From Asterias rubens (lineage: Eukaryota), in NCBI RefSeq assembly GCF_902459465.1, contig NC_047078.1:1116001-1180000 (forward strand): a DNA stretch of 64,000 bases, in the 5' to 3' direction. The position numbers and the translations under genes were made by a program. The notes under the pieces were generated by a model that saw only the letters and a program-made list of their open reading frames with translations, was not told the origin of the DNA and searched no databases. Positions 57,003 through 64,000 of the stretch are shown piece after piece (positions within the stretch are counted from its first letter, which is position 1; each line of letters starts with the position of its first letter).

Positions 57003-57267
57003 ACATTATGAAAACTCCCGGGTCAGAATTGACCCGGATTTTGGTCCCAGGGTGCCACACCTTTTTCTGGGTCAGTTTGACCCGGAGTCCGTGTCAATGT
57101 GTGCTGAATCCGAGTCAAAATCAACGGTTTTAAACAAATTTCTGGTCACAATGACATGGATTTCGGGTCACATTGACATCGATTCCGGGTCAAACAGACC
57201 CAGAAATGGGTCTGGCCCCCTGGGACACGAATCCGGGTCAATTCTGACCCGGGAGTTTTAAGAGTGT
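57003..57267. mobile_element. Palindromic MITE with long TIRs
   Basis: AAAACTCCCGGGTCAGAATTGACCCGGATT ... AATCCGGGTCAATTCTGACCCGGGAGTTTT, right end AGAGTG. Confidence 0.7.
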
Positions 57268-57714
57268 AGTACCAATGATGTACACAATGCAAAAGTGCAT
57301 ACGTGTACACGCTACGCACACAGCTCTTAGCCAATTAGCCATGTAACGTCACAGCCCGAGTGTTAGCCAACCCAGGTTGGAAAACTATGGAAAGCCATGA
57401 TGCAAATCATCTGTTTTTACGATTGTGTGTTTTACAACATTCGGCCGTCTATGCCAACCAAGGCGGTTTGTTTATCAACCAAAGGAAGGTCTATAGAGTA
57501 TCTTTCCCTTGCCCCTGTCTAAATCCAACTGGGGGCACTGTGTGGATTGGGTGTTCAGTCCCTTCCTGGCTGCATGGGTTTTTCCTGTAATAATTATCTG
57601 GGGGTTTCCCCCACATCGGCATGTATAAGGTTACCATGGAACATCGACTAGTGGTTGACAAAAATAATGGTCGCTACTCGAATATTCCCCTTGTCTTCCC
57701 TTCATTGGGTCATT

Positions 57715-59099
57715 GGGCCAGATCAATAAAAACTAGCATTTGCTTTTACTAGTCTTTTACTTACATCCTTATAAATAAAAGTAAGCCTTAATATTGCTAG
57801 TAATTGGTCGAACTAGTAGGTAAAATCAATGCTTGAGGGACTCTTCTTATTGAGATGTAAATAAAACCGACATTTTACTATTACCTGATAGTTTCACAAG
57901 ATACTGGGCCGTATAAAGGCCAGCATTAACAAAATGTCGATAAGTTTAAGATCAGGCATGAGAATCTGCTCAAATCTCTATAAATAACCTTTTACTGGAA
58001 AAACACCATTTACTTGAACGGAACAGTAAGTGGTCAGAGAAAAGCACAATAGCGGGGTATTCAGGAGTATAACAATAGAGGCATGGACTCGCAGATCAAT
58101 AGCGATTAACTGAAATGCAGGCGGGGCAGTTTCCACTTAGTCAAGTGTTTGATGGCGGCAGTGGCTATATGAGGAAACAGCCAGCCTCTCCACGCCAGAG
58201 CTCCAGAGATTGGTTCTTTTAGAGCAATTAAAGTACACAACAAATTTATAAGTAACATTTACAGGTGGATCATTCGGCCAAGGGAAAAATAACCCTTTAA
58301 GCCTGTAGTCCCTGCACCGCCCGAGTTTGCTGAAAACTAATATATCAAGATTCTTGCAGTTAATTACTGGAATCGTAGTCCAAATTTTAAAAGATAGCCA
58401 CAGCTTAGTTTTATGCAAAATTTGAACCTTGATATTTGTATAAAAGTACATGTTCGCATGAGAACAATGAATGTCTCTCGTTAAACGGCTACGGTAATTT
58501 TTATGGCGAATAATATTCGTTTGAAAGGATAAAATGGACACAATAGCTTTTCAAGGCTTTTATCTGACTCAATTATTATACTGATTAAATGCGAAGGCGT
58601 GAGTTTTCGACAATATTATCATGAATGATGAATAAATACAGTTTCCTTTGTGTTTATTAATGAGCGTCTTGTTGGGGTAAGAGCTAAATTATTTCATCAT
58701 CATTAGCTTCATTAGCTTAATAACGACTATCGAGGATTCTTTTTACGTTCCTTTTTTTCTACAAACACAAGCTAGCAAGGTTTCCTCCTACCACATACAG
58801 TATATCGATAGGCGGCTGGGCGGTCCAGTGGCTAAAATTAATGGTTAATACTGACGCGATACCGAGCCATATATGCAACACTGTTGCTTAAGTAAAATCT
58901 CAAGCTCCTCATGCAGTAGCTTGTAAAAATACAAGTAATTGCTACAGTATGTTAGTAAAATGTCGTTTTTATTTATATGTCTATAAGTGAAAGGTAATCC
59001 AGCGAGCAAAATGTTCATGCCTGATCTTTTACTTTTCAGTCTTCTTGCTAATGCTGAACCTTTAACTTGATAAATTGCTAGTTTTTATTTATCTGGCCC
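57715..59099. mobile_element. 1.39-kb non-autonomous Harbinger-like element with long, compound imperfect TIRs
   Basis: ATT|GGGCCAGATCAATAAAAACTAGCA ... TGCTAGTTTTTATTATCTGGCCC|ATT; additional mirrored blocks (AAGATCAGGCATGA, GACATTTTACTA) near both ends. Confidence 0.65.
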
Positions 59100-61468
59100 A
59101 TTGGCTAATAGACCTTTATTACGCTGTCACATCTTGGTCATGTTCCCTGTTTCCAATAACAGTAATGAATGCTAACATTCATGGCGCATGGCACCAGGCT
59201 ATTTTTTGTCCAGCAACAGTTTGGTTACAATGAGTTGGAATGGAATAAAATCAAGATGGCCACACCGTGATAAAGGTCCATACAGTGATTAAGTTTGCTT
59301 CAACCAGAATCAATGAAATTTCACATGTTTCGTATGATCAAATAAGATTTCAATCTAGAATTTTGAATCTGAAAGTCAGCCTTCGGCTTTGGTGCTAAAA
59401 ATGAATAAATGAATGTATTTATGGAATAATACCCAGTAAAATTTCATCACAATAGATGAGTTGCAACACGCGTAACTGACCGCCATCTTTGAAAAGTGCA
59501 CGCAAGAGAGTCACGCGCAGCGCGTACACGTGGCACTTTTCACGTGTTAAATCAGGTGGTGGTCAACGACGCGTATTGCAACCCATCTAATAGGCACTGT
59601 TCCACTGCCATGTAAATTCTGCAAGGATATACTTTAGTTTATTGCCTCCCCAATAACCTGAACTGTTGGATCTCTTGTCTAGTTTTACAAGGCAAGATAG
59701 ATTTAATAAAATTGATATTACCATTACGATGGAAACGCCTTATATCTGCCGCCACACATTCTGCCTGATTAGCTACTGACAATTGCGATCACCAGGCAGC
59801 AACATAAAGACACTGGACACCTTTAGTAATTGTCAAAGACCAGTCTTCTCACTTGGTGTATCTAAACATTATGCACAAAATATTCAAACCTGTGAAAATT
59901 TGAACTCAATTGGTCGTCGAAGTTGCGAGACGAAAAAACACCATTGTCACATGAAGTTGTGTGAGATGCTTGATTTCAAGACCTCAAAATCTAATTCTGA
60001 GATCTCGAAATCAAATTCGTGGAAAACTACTTCTTTCTCGAAAACTACGTTACTTCAGAGGGAGCCGTTTCTCACAATGTGGTATGCTATCTACAGCTCT
60101 CCATTGCTTGTTACCAAGTAAGGTTTTATGCTAACAAATATTTTGAGTAATTAACAACAGTGTCCACTGCCTTTAATTTAGAACACAGTCGCAAAATTTC
60201 ATCTTCAATGTTTCATAATAATTTTCATATTCGACTAAATTTCTAAGACCCAACTAAAAATAAATGTTGGTCTAGCTTTGTTGCGGCATCGTGAACCTCA
60301 GTTCGAATCTTATGTTAAAGGAATATTACAGAATTTGTAAGAAAAAAAATCGTCTAAGATCACAGATTTACATAAAACCTAAACGGTCTACTGATGATGA
60401 TAGTAGAAAACATATCCCTTTAAATATTTATGTCTGAAATGTCATTTTTGATGACAAATAAATAAAACTAATTTCCCGTTTGGAGTTTATTGCTCAGTGA
60501 TAGCTTTATTCATTTTATTAATTGACTATTTTCTCGCGACTCAGATGGAAAATCGACCTCAAACGTCTACATGCTTGTCAGTTTATGTATAAATGGTGGA
60601 TTATATACAGTGCTTCTGTCATCAACTGTTTTGTAAGCAAAACAAAATCTACAATGTTCCTTTAAGTTCAGCTAGGGTTTTAGACTGAAGTGTTAAAACT
60701 TTTAGTGACTAATTTATGCTCCGTATTTAGATGCCTTTATCTGCAAATGATGTTGTTTCAACAAACCATTTTGAAATACGCATTGAAAAACAAAACCAAA
60801 AACACACATTTTTAAATAAACCATATCTAAATGAAGTCATACACATTTTAAAATAAACTGAATTAAAGTCAAACACATCAATTTTCTCAACAGGGGACTT
60901 ACTGAGGTTGAGAAGTCACCTTGTCTAAATTGACTTTTCTTAGCCAGACGCGTTACTGCAACCTCGGTCCCAGGGGCGATCGATCTCGCCCCACCTTGAC
61001 CTCACACCACGCGCTGCTTGCTCGTTACCCCTAATTGGTTGGCAGATTAACTGTGCCAGAAATATGGCACAATTAAATTAGGCCGTTGGCCAATCCATTA
61101 TGAGCGCGATGATGCATATTCTACAAACTTGGCCCAATTTCATAGAGCTGTGCAGAAAATATTGGTCAACGATTTTCTGCTTAACAGAATCAAGCAGAAT
61201 ACCAGTCACACATTGTACAACGTGGCTAGCTGGTAACCTTTTCTGGAAACCTTTTTTTCTGGCGCCAAAGAGCTGCTGAAGCACTGGGAATATGGCTCGT
61301 CAAATCTCTGCTTTGCGCAATTTAACATGATACCAGGCACACATTGCCCATGGGAAATGGTATTGGCTGGTAACCTATTTTTGATAACCAGATTTGCTTG
61401 TGCTTAGATTCTTTTTGTGCTTAAGCAGCTCTACGAAATTAGACCACGGGGTGCTTAGCACTGTGTGC

Positions 61469-61849
61469 TTAAAGGAACACGTTGCCTTGGATCGGTCGAG
61501 TTGGTCTTTGAAAAGCGTTTGTTATAATATGCATATGGGTAGAAAGATGCTGTATCAGTAGAATACAATGATCCACCCAAACATGCCTCGAAATTGCACG
61601 GTTTTCCTTTTACCTCGTCGACTAACACGGTCGGCCATTTATGGGAGTCAAATTTTTGACTCCCATAAATGGCCGACTGTGTCAGTTCGCACAGTAAAAG
61701 GAAAACCACGCAGTACCGAGGCAAACTTGTGTGGATCATTGTATTCTACTTTTAAATTATCTTTCCAACATATGCATTTTATAACAAACGGTTACAAACG
61801 CTTTTTTTATAGACCAACTCGTTCGATCCAAGGCAACGTGTTCCTTTAA
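61469..61849. mobile_element. TTAA-flanked MITE family C
   Basis: TTAA|AGGAACACGTTGCCTTGGATCG ... CGATCCAAGGCAACGTGTTCCT|TTAA; partial copies at about 36650-36900 and 53740-54010. Confidence 0.85.
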
Positions 61850-61897
61850 GCTATAAAACGGAATATTGTGTCGAGTCAAAGAGCAACCGGGCCCAAT

Positions 61898-62118
61898 GGA
61901 CCCTTCCCATGAAATATGCTAATTACATTTACGCATGCGTACAGACCCTATTGGTTGGCAAACACCATAGAGTTGTGCACTAAGCAGACGCGCAATCGCG
62001 TCTGCGTCACGCAGCAATTAGCCATGTACAAAACAGCGCGATTTCCCCTCATTTTGCCAACCAAAATGTTAGTGCGCACGCGCTGTGTGCAATTTACATA
62101 TTTCATGGGAAGGGTCTA
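61898..62118. mobile_element. MITE with 20-bp TIRs
   Basis: GACCCTTCCCATGAAATATG ... CATATTTCATGGGAAGGGTC. Confidence 0.75.
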
Positions 62119-63459
62119 GTTCATAGCTCTGCCTACCGCCGAGTTCTGCGCTTACGATCACCATTCGCTTACCTGAAGTGCCGAATTTCTGTAGAAATTA
62201 GTAAAGTGGAGTACGCACGCGCACAAGCCGAAATTCCCCGCAAACCCATGAAATGTGCTTGACATAAGCACAGAATTCCCTGCTTCCGAAAGCGCCGATT
62301 TGTTTGCTTACGGTAAGCAGAGCCACGAATTTGGCCCCTGGTTCCCTGCCATTCTTCTTTGATCTTTTGACATGTCTAACTCGGAGCTGAGTGTTGAGGG
62401 TAAATTGCGAGAAACAATTCGGTTTTTTTTTCAACATAGCAGACCGTGCTCTGGGATAAAAGTAAAGAAAGCCACACAATTTCAATGGATCTTTATGAAA
62501 TTCAATATGATTCTACTTTGAAAATATCTTTCCAACCATATATATTTTAAAACGACCGCTTTTTGAGCTTAAAGGGTGTTTGTAACTTTTGTAGGACAAA
62601 AAACACAATGTCCACAGATTTACACTAAACTTACACAGTTTGAAGATAATGATAGTAGAAAGCTTCCCTGAAAATACTACGTGCTGGAGGCTGTAGTTTT
62701 GGGGAAATGAGTAAAACAATGTCATGAAAATAATTTTCGTCTCATGAGACGAAAATTAATTTACCCATTTACAAACGTATTTTCATGACATTGTTAAAAA
62801 TGTTAATACTCATTTCTCAAAAACTGCAGCACCTCATTAGTAAGTAATATTTGAAGGGGAGCTTTCCGCTATCATTATCTTCCAATCCTGTAAGTTTAAT
62901 GTAAATCTATGGACATTTTGAAAAGGTACCCAAATCCTTAAAGGCGCTCAATCCGTGTCCCATTAAAAAATAAAAAAAAGTAATATTTACTAGAACTATT
63001 TAAGTGTAATATCAGTGGCCATGGAGCTTGGACAGTAGCTTTAAAAAAATTGTTCCAATTTTATATAAAATAAATCATTCAATGTTTTGCTTGGCTGAGT
63101 ACTTACTCGAGTGTATTCCAGTCGTGTGCGCACTGGCGTGGACACCGCGTAAAAATTCGATATGAACAAAACCTCAAACCTAAGAATACACGTAGATCGA
63201 TGCATCGAAAGCAGACGCATCAACAACACCTGGGCGACCCTGCTTGCGTTCGATAGGAAATCAAGTACCAAATGTAATGGTGATCGACTTTTCGAGAGAA
63301 GGTACAGAAAAAAACAAACAGTTTTTGTTGTTCCCAGCAACAGAAATGCACGCCCGTTAGGCCCTACACGTAGCAAACGTCAATTTCCCGACTTTATTGG
63401 TGCATAACTTCGCTGTGGAAATGAAAAAAAAAAAGTTTCCTGTATTACAGATCCCTTGA

Positions 63460-63610
63460 ATAATTGGCCGCCATCGTTGATGATACGTCACCACAGGTGG
63501 AAGGCTCTCATTGGCTGAGAGTCATGCGCAGCACGTCACGTGAGCAACTTCCCAACGTTAGTCATCAAAAATGGTGGTCTGTGACGTCATGTGCAACCTG
63601 TCTTTTTCAG
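63460..63610. promoter_or_regulatory. Candidate CpG-rich bidirectional promoter
   Basis: YY1-like ATGGCGGCC on the minus strand (about 63465-63473), ATTGG (CCAAT), CACGTCACGTG E-box/CRE, TGACGTCA; minus-strand donor gtaagt near 63106; CpG-rich non-repeat sequence on both sides. Confidence 0.45.
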
Positions 63611-64000
63611 CAGAGCGTCTGCGTAGTTGAACCGAAGAGTGCTTGATTCTGGATAGTGTGTACTACGCGCGGTTGAATCGCCAAAGCGCGCCCGCCACGG
63701 TAGGATTTAGTTAATTGGACGGCTTGAAATCTAGACTACACTGGCAAGCTAAAGACTACATGCTGTATGACTTTTGACAAACTGTGAAATGCCTTTAGCC
63801 GAGCACTCTTCTCAAAACAAAATTACCGCAAAATCATTTTCAAACTTGGAGTGGATTCTCCCTAGAACTCTTCGGACTGTGCGGGGATAATCTCGGTTTC
63901 CTCAGTTAGTCGCTTGACGGCTGTGTGTCAAACTTGCTAAGCTCGGACGTTTAGTGCTAAGCAAAAGCGGGCAACCAATTTGTGATCGGTATGTCGATGG

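Overview
Eukaryotic, repeat-rich, intron-containing genomic DNA from a marine invertebrate, probably an echinoderm such as a sea star (inferred from gene content and repeat style, not verified). Host genes reconstructed by hand from splice sites: the last two exons of CCDC153/DRC12 (+), complete ETFB (6 exons, 254 aa, -), complete PSMC4/Rpt3 (10 exons, 419 aa, -, with one U12-type intron), a head-to-head pair of GT92/DUF23 glycosyltransferase paralogs, and an intronless C-type lectin whose C-terminal domain is frameshifted. The standout is a 6,248-bp DNA transposon (26671-32918) inside PSMC4 intron 3. It has CAC...GTG termini, an exact 4-bp target duplication (GTGC) and an apparently intact 10-exon, 972-aa transposase with RAG1-like order: N-terminal Zn motif, RING, Zn finger, then a DDE core with CxxC and HxxxxH. 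This fits the Chapaev/N-RAG-TP group. Its ends are bipartite and asymmetric: a shared terminal CACCGCT(G) and a shared 30-bp inner block are separated by spacers differing by exactly 10 bp (12 vs 22 bp from the 7-mer to the shared ACA), recalling the 12/23 geometry of V(D)J RSSs. The rest is MITEs (many TTAA-flanked), tRNA-derived SINEs, L2 LINE 3' fragments, minisatellites and degenerate hammerhead-like motifs.
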